Assembly: GCA_051362555.1 (NCBI GenBank)
Contig: CM120647.1
Coordinates: 18,762,651 to 18,826,650 of the forward strand
Origin: Lingula anatina
Lineage: Eukaryota > Animalia > Brachiopoda
Direction: 5' to 3'
Length of the DNA: 64,000 bases
A model generated the notes under the pieces. The model saw only the letters and a list, made by a program, of their open reading frames with translations. It did no database searches and was not told the origin of the DNA. Below are positions 12,575-26,888 of this stretch, piece after piece. Positions within the stretch are counted from its first letter, which is position 1. Each line of letters starts with the position of its first letter. Position numbers and translations under genes: made by a program.

Positions 12575-13040
12575 AAATGTTCTCTCTGATAATCACGGCG
12601 AGAAGATAGCACATTTTGATGAAATGCAGAACATACGGAATTAGCTACAGCTCAATTTAAGTACAAGATCTGTGTCACCAATCTATGGACTTTTAACTGA
12701 AGAGAAAGGAAATGTTATTGACGACGCAGACTTTATTCTAACGACCAGCAATATGTTCGTTTTAAATCGATCATTTAATGTAAACTTTCTAAAGAATACA
12801 GTATTTTTATGCAAAAGGTAATTTGCTAGGACCCACGAGATCCCTGATTCGTTCTCGTGACATCCGAGTCCCGATTCATGGGCTCGGTCGTTGTCGTGAT
12901 GGACTGACGTGCCTCATTCGGGACTCGAACTCATGACTTTGCTTTGCCATGGTTGATGGCGCTTTTGTTAACTCATTTGCATCCAAGCACGCTACCGACT
13001 GCGCCGTGAGTTTCCTCTTATAGTAACCAAACGGAATTTT

Positions 13041-13796
13041 AAAAATTCTGTCGATCTTGTCATAAATTCAACATCTACTTTCGTCAATTCAACTGTCAAA
13101 CATTTCTCATCTAAGGTGTATTAAAACCAATGCCGTCACTGTTTTCGTCGATCGTGTAACTATTCTCGTCGATCGTGTAACTATTCTCATCGATCGTCTA
13201 ATCTCGTCGATCGTGTAACTATTCTCATCGATCGTCTATTCTCGTCGATCGTCTCATCGATCGATCGCCAGAGGGCGCTGCGGTAGCACATTAGCCTATC
13301 ACATGACTATCAAAATGGCAGACAACAAAATGATTGCTAGTGAAATAAGAACATTTTCTCAACAATTTCAATTTTAGTTGTTAATAATTAAAAGACATTC
13401 GGTTGTAGGGACATTATTTTCTAGTTGTGCTTAACTCTGACCATGGCTGGCCGAGTTAAAAATTACCGCGTGATTGACAGACAGAAGCACGTGTTGCTAC
13501 CGCAGCGCTCTCTGGCGGTCGATCGATGAGACGATCGACGAGAATAGTTACACGATCGACGAAAACAGTTTGACGATCGACGAGATTAGTTACACGATCG
13601 ACGAAAATAGTGACAGCATTGGTTTTAATACACCATACATGTAGATGAGAAATGTTTGACAATTGAATTGACGAAAGTAGATGTTGAATTTATGCCAGGA
13701 TCGTTTAAACTTGAAACTGAATCGATGGGAAGGCAGTGAATCGACGAAACATAACTGAATCGACGACATGAATTTTTGCCCTTTTGGCCGCCCATA
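13041..13796. mobile_element. Foldback non-autonomous DNA element (long TIRs, IS3EU-like TATGG terminus) inserted in the array, left end damaged
   Basis: Inverted arms of about 210-240 bp (13053-13290 vs 13491-13702) contain roughly 21-bp GTCGATCGTGTAACTATTCTC subrepeats. The right end is ...ccttttggccgCCCATA (TATGGGCGGCC on the minus strand). The array resumes at aatatgttcg 13797 with about 1 kb of unit sequence missing. Confidence 0.8.
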
Positions 13797-15302
13797 AATA
13801 TGTTCGTTTTAAATCGATCATTTAATGTAAACTTTCTAAAGTATACAGTATTTTTATGCAAAAGGTAAAATAAATAAATAAATAAATAAAAATGTTCTCT
13901 CTGATAATCACGGCGAGAAGATAGCACATTTTGATGAAATGCAGAACATACGGAATTAGCTACAGCTCAATTTAAGTACAAGATCTGTGTCACCAATCTA
14001 TGGACTTTTAACTGAAGAGAAAGGAAATGTTATTGACGACGCAGACTTTATTCTAACGACCAGCAATATGTTCGTTTTAAATCGATCATTTAATGTAAAC
14101 TTTCTAAAGAATACAGTATTTTTATGCAAAAGGTAATTTGCTAGGACCCACGAGATCCCTGATTCGTTCTCGTGACATCCGGGTCCCGATTCATGGGCTC
14201 GGTCGTTGTCGTGATGGACTGACGTGCCTCATTCGGGACTCGAACTCGTGACTTTGCGTTGCCATGGTTGATGGCGCTTTGGTTAACTCATTTGCATCCA
14301 AGCACGCTACCGACTGCGCCGTGACAGAATACGCCCACCCTCCGAACTAACGAGTTTCCTCTTATAGTAACCAAACGGAATTTTAAAAATTTAATTCTAG
14401 TAAAAAAAAGTACGGTACTATATTTACTGGGTCTCGAACCAGGGTACCAGTGTCTGACTGTATGCGAGACAGCAACGTTACCACGGAGCCACGTCAGCTT
14501 CGTTGATACGTGATGATCGGATGGGAACTTTCAACCTTGCCACGGAGAGGGCCAGGTTGGATGTACATGTGTGTATCTGCTATCCCAATCGATAATCCAG
14601 GTGCCGCATTTATCATGAATGGTAAAATTCATGATGTACAGGATGCCATGCGTGTTTCAGAACCCGACACGGAGCTCGGAGTTTGTTTTATGCTAAGATT
14701 GATTTGGGTTTTACCCAAGATATTAAAAAGTACAATGGGATCAAAGGCGGTTCACAACAGGCGTGTTTTAGTTTTTGCGAGATCTTAAGAAGAGAGGAGA
14801 AAAAACATTCAAATGTTTAATAAGTGGTGCAATTTCCATATAAGCAATTGCAACGATGGGAATTTTGAATAAAACATATTTTGCTAATAATTCCACCGAC
14901 AAGATATCATTTTTCTGCTGAACACGGTTAACAGGTGGTATGACGTGCTGTTATTCCGGAAAAGCTACTGATTCAATTCAAGCTCGTTGGCTTTCAGGGA
15001 AAGGCCTGCTCGGAACGTTCCTAGTTAGATGACTTCAGATACTTTTTTATTTTCATTTTGTTTTGAACTGAGATAACGTTTGCTTTCACCTTTGACGATA
15101 TACATTGCGATGAGGTCCACAGCTGTTCACACCTGGGCGGTTTTAGTATTGAGTACTCTTTACTCTTTCAAATGTCTACCGCGGACTTGCCCCGGGTACT
15201 GTATGAACACATGAAAAGTCTTGAGTAGCAAGGGCGCAAGAAAGGAAAAGAGGGGCATGAAAAGACAAAATGTCTGCTTGTTAAAAGCAATAGGGGCTTT
15301 TG

Positions 15303-15337
<35 letters not shown>

Positions 15338-17021
15338 AAATGTTCTCTCTGATAATCACGGCGAGAAGATAGCACATTGTGATGAAATGCAGAACATACG
15401 GAATTAGCTACAGCTCAATTTAAGTACAAGATCTGTGTCACCAATCTATGGACTTTTAACTGAAGAGAAAGGAAATGTTATTGACGACGCAGACTTTATT
15501 CTAACGACCAGCAATATGTTCGTTTTAAATCGATCATTTAATGTAAACTTTCTAAAGTATACAGTATTTTTATGCAAAAGGTTAAATAAATAAATAAATA
15601 AATAAATAAAAATGTTCTCTCTGATAATCACGGCGAGAAGATAGCACATTTTGATGAAATGCAGAACATACGGAATTAGCTACAGCTCAATTTAAGTACA
15701 AGATCTGTGTCACCAATCTATGGACTTTTAACTGAAGAGAAAGGAAATGTTATTGACGACGCAGACTTTATTCTAACGACCAGCAATATGTTCGTTTTAA
15801 ATCGATCATTTAATGTAAACTTTCTAAAGAATACAGTATTTTTATGCAAAAGGTAATTTGCTAGGACCCACGAGATCCCTGATTCGTTCTCGTGACATCC
15901 GGGTCCCGATTCATGGGCTCGGTCGTTGTCGTGATGGACTGACGTGCCTCATTCGGGACTCGAACTCGTGACTTTGCGTTGCCATGGTTGATGGCGCTTT
16001 GGTTAACTCATTTGCATCCAAGCACGCTACCGACTGCGCCGTGACAGACCCGCCCAACCTCCGTACTAACGAGTTTCCTCTTATAGTAACCAAACGGAAT
16101 TTTAAAAATTTAATTCTAGTAAAAAAAAGTACGGTACTATATTTACTGGGTCTCGAACCAGGGTACCAGTGTCTGACTGTATGCGAGACAGCAACGTTAC
16201 CACGGAGCCACGTCAGCTTCGTTGATACGTGATGATCGGATGGGAACTTTCAACCTTGCCACGGAGAGGGCCAGGTTGGATGTACATGTGTGTATCTGCT
16301 ATCCCAATCGATAATCCAGGTGCCGCATTTATCATGAATGGTAAAATTCATGATGTACAGGATGCCATGCGTGTTTCAGAACCCGACACGGAGCTCGGAG
16401 TTTGTTTTATGCTAAGATTGATTTGGGTTTTACCCAAGATATTAAAAAGTACAATGGGATCAAAGGCGGTTCACAACAGGCGTGTTTTAGTTTTTGCGAG
16501 ATCTTAAGAAGAGAGGAGAAAAAACATTCAAATGTTTAATAAGTGGTCCAATTTCCATATAAGCAATTGCAACGATAGGAATTTTGAATAAAACATATTT
16601 TGCTAATAATTCCACCGACAAGATATCATTTTTCTGCTGAACACGGTTAACAGGTGGTATGACGTGCTGCTATTCCGGAAAAGCTACTGATTCAATTCAA
16701 GCTCGTTGGCTTTCAGGGAAAGGCCTGCTCGGAACGTTCCTAGTTAGATGACTTCAGATACTTTTTTATTTTCATTTTGTTTTGAACTGAGATAACGTTT
16801 GCTTTCACCTTTGACGATATACATTGCGATGAGGTCCACAGCTGTTCACACCTGGGCGGTTTTAGTATTGAGTACTCTTTACTCTTTCAAATGTCGACCG
16901 CGGACTTGCCCCGGGTACTGTATGAACACATGAAAAGTCTTGAGTAGCAAGGGCGCAAGAAAGGAAAAGAGGGGCATGAAAAGACAAAATGTCTGCTTGT
17001 TAAAAGCAATAGAGGCTTTTG

Positions 17022-17060
<39 letters not shown>

Positions 17061-18740
17061 AAATGTTCTCTCTGATAATCACGGCGAGAAGATAGCACAT
17101 TGTGATGAAATGCAGAACATACGGAATTAGCTACAGCTCAATTTAAGTACAAGATCTGTGTCACCAATCTATGGACTTTTAACTGAAGAGAAAGGAAATG
17201 TTATTGACGACGCAGACTTTATTCTAACGACCAGCAATATGTTCGTTTTAAATCGATCATTTAATGTAAACTTTCTAAAGTATACAGTATTTTTATGCAA
17301 AAGGTTAAATAAATAAATAAATAATTAAAAATGTTCTCTCTGATAATCACGGCGAGAAGATAGCACATTTTGATGAAATGCAGAACATACGGAATTAGCT
17401 ACAGCTCAATTTAAGTACAAGATCTGTGTCACCAATCTATGGACTTTTAACTAAAGAGAAAGGAAATGTTATTAACGACGCAGACTTTATTCTAACGACC
17501 AGCAATATGTTCGTTTTAAATCGATCATTTAATGTAAACTTTCTAAAGAATACAGTATTTTTATGCAAAAGGTAATTTGCTAGGACCCACGAGATCCCTG
17601 ATTCGTTCTCGTGACATCCGGGTCCCGATTCATGGGCTCGGTCGTTGTCGTGATGGACTGACGTGCCTCATTCGGGACTCGAACTCGTGACTTTGCGTTG
17701 CCATGGTTGATGGCGCTTTGGTTAACTCATTTGCATCCAAGCACGCTACCGACTGCGCCGTGACAGACCCGCCCACCCTCTGTACTAACGAGTTTCCTCT
17801 TATAGTAACCAAACGGAATTTTAAAAATTTAATTCTGGTAAAAAAAAGTACGGTACTATATTTGCTGGGTCTCGAACCAGGGTACCAGTGTCTGACTGTA
17901 TGCGAGACAGCAACGTTACCGCGGAGCCACGTCAGCTTGGTTGATACGTGATGATCGGATGGGAACTTTCAACCTTGCCACGGAGAGGGCCAGGTTGGAT
18001 GTACATGTGTGTATCTGCTATCCCAATCGATAATCCAGGTGCCGCATTTATCATGAATGGTAAAATTCATGATGTACAGGATGCCATGCGTGTTTCAGAA
18101 CCCGACACGGAGCTCGGAGTTTGTTTTATGCTAAGATTGATTTGGGTTTTACCCAAGATATTAAAAAGTACAGTGGGATCAAAGGCGGTTCACAACAGGC
18201 GTGTTTTAGTTTTTGCGAGATCTTAAGAAGAGAGGAGAAAAAACATTCAAATGTTTAATAAGTGGTCCAATTTCCATATAAGCAATTGCAACGATGGGAA
18301 TTTTGAATAAAACATATTTTGCTAATAATTCCACCGACAAGATATCATTTTTCTGCTGAACACGGTTAACAGGTGATATGACGTGCTGTTATTCTGGAAA
18401 AGCTACTGATTCAATTCAAGCTCGTTGGCTTTCAGGGAAAGGCCTGCTCGGAACGTTCCTAGTTAGATGACTTCAGTTACTTTTTTATTTTCATTTTGTT
18501 TTGAACTGAGATAACGTTTGCTTTCACCTTTGACGATATACATTGCGATGAGGTCCACAGCTGTTCACACCTGGGCGGTTTTAGTATTGAGTACTCTTTA
18601 CTCTTTCAAATGTCTACCGCGGACTTGCCCCGGGTACTGTATGAACACATGAAAAGTCTTGAGTAGCAAGGGCGCAAGAAAGGAAAAGAGGGGCATGAAA
18701 AGACAAAATGTCTGCTTGTTAAAAGCAATAGGGGCTTTTG

Positions 18741-18779
<39 letters not shown>

Positions 18780-20459
18780 AAATGTTCTCTCTGATAATCA
18801 CGGCGAGAAGATAGCACATTGTGATGAAATGCAGAACATACGGAATTAGCTACAGCTCAATTTAAGTACAAGATCTGTGTCACCAATCTATGGACTTTTA
18901 ACTGAAGAGAAAGGAAATGTTATTGACGACGCAGACTTTATTCTAACGACCAGCAATATGTTCGTTTTAAATCGATCATTTAATGTAAACTTTCTAAAGT
19001 ATACAGTATTTTTATGCAAAAGGTTAAATAAATAAATAAATAAATAAAAATGTTCTCTCTGATAATCACGGCGAGAAGATAGCACATTTTGATGAAATGC
19101 AGAACATACGGAATTAGCTACAGCTCAATTTAAGTACAAGATCTGTGTCACCAATCTATGGACTTTTAACTGAAGAGAAAGGAAATGTTATTGACGACGC
19201 AGACTTTATTCTAACGACCAGCAATATGTTCGTTTTAAATCGATCATTTAATGTAAACTTTCTAAAGAATACAGTATTTTTATGCAAAAGGTAATTTGCT
19301 AGGACCCACGAGATCCCTGATTCGTTCTCGTGACATCCGGGTCCCGATTCATGGGCTCGGTCGTTGTCGTGATGGACTGACGTGCCTCATTCGGGACTCG
19401 AACTCGTGACTTTGCGTTGCCATGGTTGATGGCGCTTTGGTTAACTCATTTGCATCCAAGCACGCTACCGACTGCGCCGTGACAGACCCGCCCACCCTCC
19501 GTACTAACGAGTTTCCTCTTATAGTAACCAAACGGAATTTTAAAATTTTAATTCTAGTAAAAAAAAGTACGGTACTATATTTACTGGGTCTCGAACCAGG
19601 GTACCAGTGTCTGACTGTATGCGAGACAGCAACGTTACCACGGAGCCACGTCAGCTTCGTTGATACGTGATGATCGGATGGGAACTTTCAACCTTGCCAC
19701 GGAGAGGGCCAGGTTGGATGTACATGTGTGTATCTGCTATCCCAATCGATAATCCAGGTGCCGCATTTATCATGAATGGTAAAATTCATGATGTACAGGA
19801 TGCCATGCGTGTTTCAGAACCCGACACGGAGCTCGGAGTTTGTTTTATGCTAAGATTGATTTGGGTTTTACCCAAGATATTAAAAAGTACAATGGGATCA
19901 AAGGCGGTTCACAACAGGCGTGTTTTAGTTTTTGCGAGATCTTAAGAAGAGAGGAGAAAAAACATTCAAATGTTTAATAAGTGGTGCAATTTCCATATAA
20001 GCAATTGCAACGATGGGAATTTTGAATAAAACATATTTTGCTAATAATTCCACCGACAAGATATCATTTTTCTGCTGAACACGGTTAACAGGTGGTATGA
20101 CGTGCTGTTATTCCGGAAAAGCTACTGATTCAATTCAAGCTCGTTGGCTTTCAGGGAAAGGCCTGCTCGGAACGTTCCTAGTTAGATGACTTCAGATACT
20201 TTTTTATTTTCATTTTGTTTTGAACTGAGATAACGTTTGCTTTCACCTTTGACGATATACATTGCGATGAGGTCCACAGCTGTTCACACCTGGGCGGTTT
20301 TAGTATTGAGTACTCTTTACTCTTTCAAATGTCGACCGCGGACTTGCCCCGGGTACTGTATGAACACATGAAAAGTCTTGAGTAGCAAGGGCGCAAGAAA
20401 GGAAAAGAGGGGCATGAAAAGACAAAATGTCTGCTTGTTAAAAGCAATAGAGGCTTTTG

Positions 20460-20494
<35 letters not shown>

Positions 20495-23400
20495 AAATGT
20501 TCTCTCTGATAATCACGGCGAGAAGATAGCACATTGTGATGAAATGCAGAACATACGGAATTAGCTACAGCTCAATTTAAGTACAAGATCTGTGTCACCA
20601 ATCTATGGACTTTTAACTGAAGAGAAAGGAAATGTTATTGACGACGCAGACTTTATTCCAACGACCAGCAATATGTTCGTTTTAAATCGATCATTTAATG
20701 TAAACTTTCTAAAGTATACAGTATTTTTATGCAAAAGGTTAAATAAATAAATAAATAAATAAAAATGTTCTCTCTGATAATCACGGCGAGAAGATAGCAC
20801 ATTTTGATGAAATGCAGAACATACGGAATTAGCTACAGCTCAATTTAAGTACAAGATCTGTGTCACCAATCTATGGACTTTTAACTAAAGAGAAAGGAAA
20901 TGTTATTGACGACGCAGACTTTATTCTAACGACCAGCAATATGTTCGTTTTAAATCGATCATTTAATGTAAACTTTCTAAAGAATACAGTATTTTTATGC
21001 AAAAGGTAATTTGCTAGGACCCACGAGATCCCTGATTCGTTCTCGTGACATCCGGGTCCCGATTCATGGGCTCGGTCGTTGTCGTTATGGACTGACGTGC
21101 CTCATTCGGGACTCGAACTCGTGACTTTGCGTTGCCATGGTTGATGGCGCTTTGGTTAACTCATTTGCATCCAAGCACGCTACCGACTGCGCCGTGACAG
21201 ACCCGCCCACCCTCCGTACTAACGAGTTTCCTCTTATAGTAACCAAACGGAATTTTAAAAATTTAATTCTGGTAAAAAAAAGTACGGTACTATATTTGCT
21301 GGGTCTCGAACCAGGGTACCAGTGTCTGACTGTATACCAGACAGCAACGTTACCACGGAGCCACGTCAGCTTGGTTGATACGTGATGATCGGGTGGGAAC
21401 TTTCAACCTTGCCACGGAGAGGGCCAGGTTGGATGTACATGTGTGTATCTGCTATCCCAATCGATAATCCAGGTGCCGCATTTATCATGAATGGTAAAAT
21501 TCATGATGTACAGGATGCCATGCGTGTTTCAGAACCCGACACGGAGCTCGGAGTTTGTTTTATGCTAAGATTGATTTGGGTTTTACCCAAGATATTAAAA
21601 AGTACAGTGGGATCAAAGGCGGTTCACAACAGGCGTGTTTTAGTTTTTGCGAGATCTTAAGAAGAGAGGAGAAAAAACATTCAAATGTTTAATAAGTGGT
21701 CCAATTTCCATATAAGCAATTGCAACGATGGGAATTTTGAATAAAACATATTTTGCTAATAATTCCACCGACAAGATATCATTTTTCTGCTGAACACGGT
21801 TAACAGGTGATATGACGTGCTGTTATTCTGGAAAAGCTACTGATTCAATTCAAGCTCGTTGGCTTTCAGGGAAAGGCCTGCTCGGAACGTTCCTAGTTAG
21901 ATGACTTCAGTTACTTTTTTATTTTCATTTTGTTTTGAACTGAGATAACGTTTGCTTTCACCTTTGACGATATACATTGCGATGAGGTCCACAGCTGTTC
22001 ACACCTGGGCGGTTTTAGTATTGAGTACTCTTTACTCTTTCAAATGTCTACCGCGGACTTGCCCCGGGTACTGTATGAACACATGAAAAGTCTTGAGTAG
22101 CAAGGGCGCAAGAAAGGAAAAGAGGGGCATGAAAAGACAAAATGTCTGCTTGTTAAAAGCAATAGGGGCTTTTGTAAATAAATAAATAAATAAAAATGTT
22201 CTCTCTGATAATCACGGCGAGAAGATAGCACATTGTGATGAAATGCAGAACATACGGAATTAGCTACAGCTCAATTTAAGTACAAGATCTGTGTCACCAA
22301 TCTATGGACTTTTAACTGAAGAGAAAGGAAATGTTATTGACGACGCAGACTTTATTCTAACGACCAGCAATATGTTCGTTTTAAATCGATCATTTAATGT
22401 AAACTTTCTAAAGTATACAGTATTTTTATGCAAAAGGTTAAATAAATAAATAAATAAATAAAAATGTTCTCTCTGATAATCACGGCGAGAAGATAGCACA
22501 TTTTGATGAAATGCAGAACATACGGAATTAGCTACAGCTCAATTTAAGTACAAGATCTGTGTCACCAATCTATGGACTTTTAACTGAAGAGAAAGGAAAT
22601 GTTATTGACGACGCAGACTTTATTCTAACGACCAGCAATATGTTCGTTTTAAATCGATCATTTAATGTAAACTTTCTAAAGAATACAGTATTTTTATGCA
22701 AAAGGTAATTTGCTAGGACCCACGAGATCCCTGATTCGTTCTCGTGACATCCGGGTCCCGATTCATGGGCTCGGTCGTTGTCGTGATGGACTGACGTGCC
22801 TCATTCGGGACTCGAACTCGTGACTTTGCGTTGCCATGGTTGATGGCGCTTTGGTTAACTCATTTGCATCCAAGCACGCTACCGACTGCGCCGTGACAGA
22901 CCCGCCCACCCTCCGTACTAACGAGTTTCCTCTTATAGTAACCAAACGGAATTTTAAAAATTTAATTCTAGTAAAAAAAAGTACGGTACTATATTTACTG
23001 GGTCTCGAACCAGGGTACCAGTGTCTGACTGTATGCGAGACAGCAACGTTACCACGGAGCCACGTCAGCTTCGTTGATACGTGATGATCGGATGGGAACT
23101 TTCAACCTTGCCACGGAGAGGGCCAGGTTGGATGTACATGTGTGTATCTGCTATCCCAATCGATAATCCAGGTGCCGCATTTATCATGAATGGTAAAATT
23201 CATGATGTACAGGATGCCATGCGTGTTTCAGAACCCGACACGGAGCTCGGAGTTTGTTTTATGCTAAGATTGATTTGGGTTTTACCCAAGATATTAAAAA
23301 GTACAATGGGATCAAAGGCGGTTCACAACAGGCGTGTTTTAGTTTTTGCGAGATCTTAAGAAGAGAGGAGAAAAAACATTCAAATGTTTAATAAGTGGTG

Positions 23401-23873
23401 CAATTTCCATATAAGCAATTGCAACGATGGGAATTTTGAATAAAACATATTTTGCTAATAATTCCACCGACAAGATATCATTTTTCTGCTGAACACGGTT
23501 AACAGGTGGTATGACGTGCTGTTATTCCGGAAAAGCTACTGATTCAATTCAAGCTCGTTGGCTTTCAGGGAAAGGCCTGCTCGGAACGTTCCTAGTTAGA
23601 TGACTTCAGATACTTTTTTATTTTCATTTTGTTTTGAACTGAGATAACGTTTGCTTTCACCTTTGACGATATACATTGCGATGAGGTCCACAGCTGTTCA
23701 CACCTGGGCGGTTTTAGTATTGAGTACTCTTTACTCTTTCAAATGTCGACCGCGGACTTGCCCCGGGTACTGTATGAACACATGAAAAGTCTTGAGTAGC
23801 AAGGGCGCAAGAAAGGAAAAGAGGGGCATGAAAAGACAAAATGTCTGCTTGTTAAAAGCAATAGAGGCTTTTG

Positions 23874-23916
<43 letters not shown>

Positions 23917-26845
23917 AAATGTTCTCTCTGATAATCACGGCGAGAAGATAGCACATTGTGATGAAATGCAGAACATACGGAATTAGCTACAGCTCAATTT
24001 AAGTACAAGATCTGTGTCACCAATCTATGGACTTTTAACTGAAGAGAAAGGAAATGTTATTGACGACGCAGACTTTATTCTAACGACCAGCAATATGTTC
24101 GTTTTAAATCGATCATTTAATGTAAACTTTCTAAAGTATACAGTATTTTTATGCAAAAGGTTAAATAAATAAATAAATAAATAAAAATGTTCTCTCTGAT
24201 AATCACGGCGAGAAGATAGCACATTTTGATGAAATGCAGAACATACGGAATTAGCTACAGCTCAATTTAAGTACAAGATCTGTGTCACCAATCTATGGAC
24301 TTTTAACTAAAGAGAAAGGAAATGTTATTGACGACGCAGACTTTATTCTAACGACCAGCAATATGTTCGTTTTAAATCGATCATTTAATGTAAACTTTCT
24401 AAAGAATACAGTATTTTTATGCAAAAGGTAATTTGCTAGGACCCACGAGATCCCTGATTCGTTCTCGTGACATCCGGGTCCCGATTCATGGGCTCGGTCG
24501 TTGTCGTGATGGACTGACGTGCCTCATTCGGGACTCGAACTCGTGACTTTGCGTTGCCATGGTTGATGGCGCTTTGGTTAACTCATTTGCATCCAAGCAC
24601 GCTACCGACTGCGCCGTGACAGACCCGCCCACCCTCTGTACTAACGAGTTTCCTCTTATAGTAACCAAACGGAATTTTAAAAATTTAATTCTGGTAAAAA
24701 AAAGTACGGTACTATATTTGCTGGGTCTCGAACCAGGGTACCAGTGTCTGACTGTATACCAGACAGCAACGTTACCGCGGAGCCACGTCAGCTTGGTTGA
24801 TACGTGATGATCGGATGGGAACTTTCAACCTTGCCACGGAGAGGGCCAGGTTGGATGTACATGTGTGTATCTGCTATCCCAATCGATAATCCAGGTGCCG
24901 CATTTATCATGAATGGTAAAATTCATGATGTACAGGATGCCATGCGTGTTTCAGAACCCGACACGGAGCTCGGAGTTTGTTTTATGCTAAGATTGATTTG
25001 GGTTTTACCCAAGATATTAAAAAGTACAGTGGGATCAAAGGCGGTTCACAACAGGCGTGTTTTAGTTTTTGCGAGATCTTAAGAAGAGAGGAGAAAAAAC
25101 ATTCAAATGTTTAATAAGTGGTCCAATTTCCATATAAGCAATTGCAACGATGGGAATTTTGAATAAAACATATTTTGCTAATAATTCCACCGACAAGATA
25201 TCATTTTTCTGCTGAACACGGTTAACAGGTGATATGACGTGCTGTTATTCTGGAAAAGCTACTGATTCAATTCAAGCTCGTTGGCTTTCAGGGAAAGGCC
25301 TGCTCGGAACGTTCCTAGTTAGATGACTTCAGTTACTTTTTTATTTTCATTTTGTTTTGAACTGAGATAACGTTTGCTTTCACCTTTGACGATATACAGT
25401 GCGATGAGGTCCACAGCTGTTCACACCTGGGTGGTTTTAGTATTGAGTACTCTTTACTCTTTCAAATGTCTACCGCGGACTTGCCCCGGGTACTGTATGA
25501 ACACATGAAAAGTCTTGAGTAGCAAGGGCGCAAGAAAGGAAAGGAGGGGCATGAAAAGACAAAATGTCTGCTTGTTAAAAGCAATAGAGGCTTTTGTAAA
25601 TAAATAAATAAATAAATAAATAAAAATGTTCTCTCTGATAATCACGGCGAGAAGATAGCACATTGTGATGAAATGCAGAACATACGGAATTAGCTACAGC
25701 TCAATTTAAGTACAAGATCTGTGTCACCAGATTCATGGGCTCGGTCGTTGTCGTGATGGACTGACGTGCCTCATTCGGGACTCGAACTCGTGACTTTGCG
25801 TTGCCATGGTTGATGGCGCTTTGGTTAACTCATTTGCATCCAAGCACGCTACCGACTGCGCCGTGACAGACCCGCCCACCCTCCGTACTAACGAGTTTCC
25901 TCTTATAGTAACCAAACGGAATTTTAAACATTTAATTCTGGTAAAAAAAATTACGGTACTAAATTTGCTGGGTCTCGAACCAGGGTACCAGTGTCTGACT
26001 GTATGCGAGACAGCAACGTTACCACGGAGCCACGTCAGCTTGGTTGATACGTGATGATCGGATGGGAACTTTCAACCTTGCCACGGAGAGGGCCAGGTTG
26101 GATGTACATGTGTGTATCTGCTATTCCAATCGATAATCCAGGTGCCGCATTTATCATGAATGGTAAAATTCATGATGTACAGGATGCCATGCGTGTTTCA
26201 GAACCCGACACGGAGCTCGGAGTTTGTTTTATGCTAAGATTGATTTGGGTTTTACCCAAGATATCAAAAAGTACAATGGGATCAAAGGCGGTTCACAACA
26301 GGCGTGTTTTAGTTTTTGCGAGATCTTATAAGAAGAGAGGAGAAAAAACATTCAAATGTTTAATAAGTGGTGCAATTTCCATATAAGCAATTGCAACGAT
26401 GGGAATTTTGAATAAAACATATTTTGCTAATAATTCCACCGACAAGATATCATTTTTCTGCTGAACACGGTTAACAGGTGGTATGACGTGCTGTTATTCC
26501 GGAAAAGCTACTGATTCAATTCAAGCTCGTTGGCTTTCAGGGAAAGGCCTGCTCGGAACGTTCCTAGTTAGATGACTTCAGATACTTTTTTATTTTCATT
26601 TTGTTTTGAACTGAGATAACGTTTGCTTTCACCTTTGACGATATACATTGCGATGAGGTCCACAGCTGTTCACACCTGGGCGGTTTTAGTATTGAGTACT
26701 CTTTACTCTTTCAAATGTCTACCGCGGACTTGCCCCGGGTACTGTATGAACACATGAAAAGTCTTGAGTAGCAAGGGCGCAAGAAAGGAAAAGAGGGGCA
26801 TGAAAAGACAAAATGTCTGCTTGTTAAAAGCAATAGAGGCTTTTG

Positions 26846-26888
<43 letters not shown>

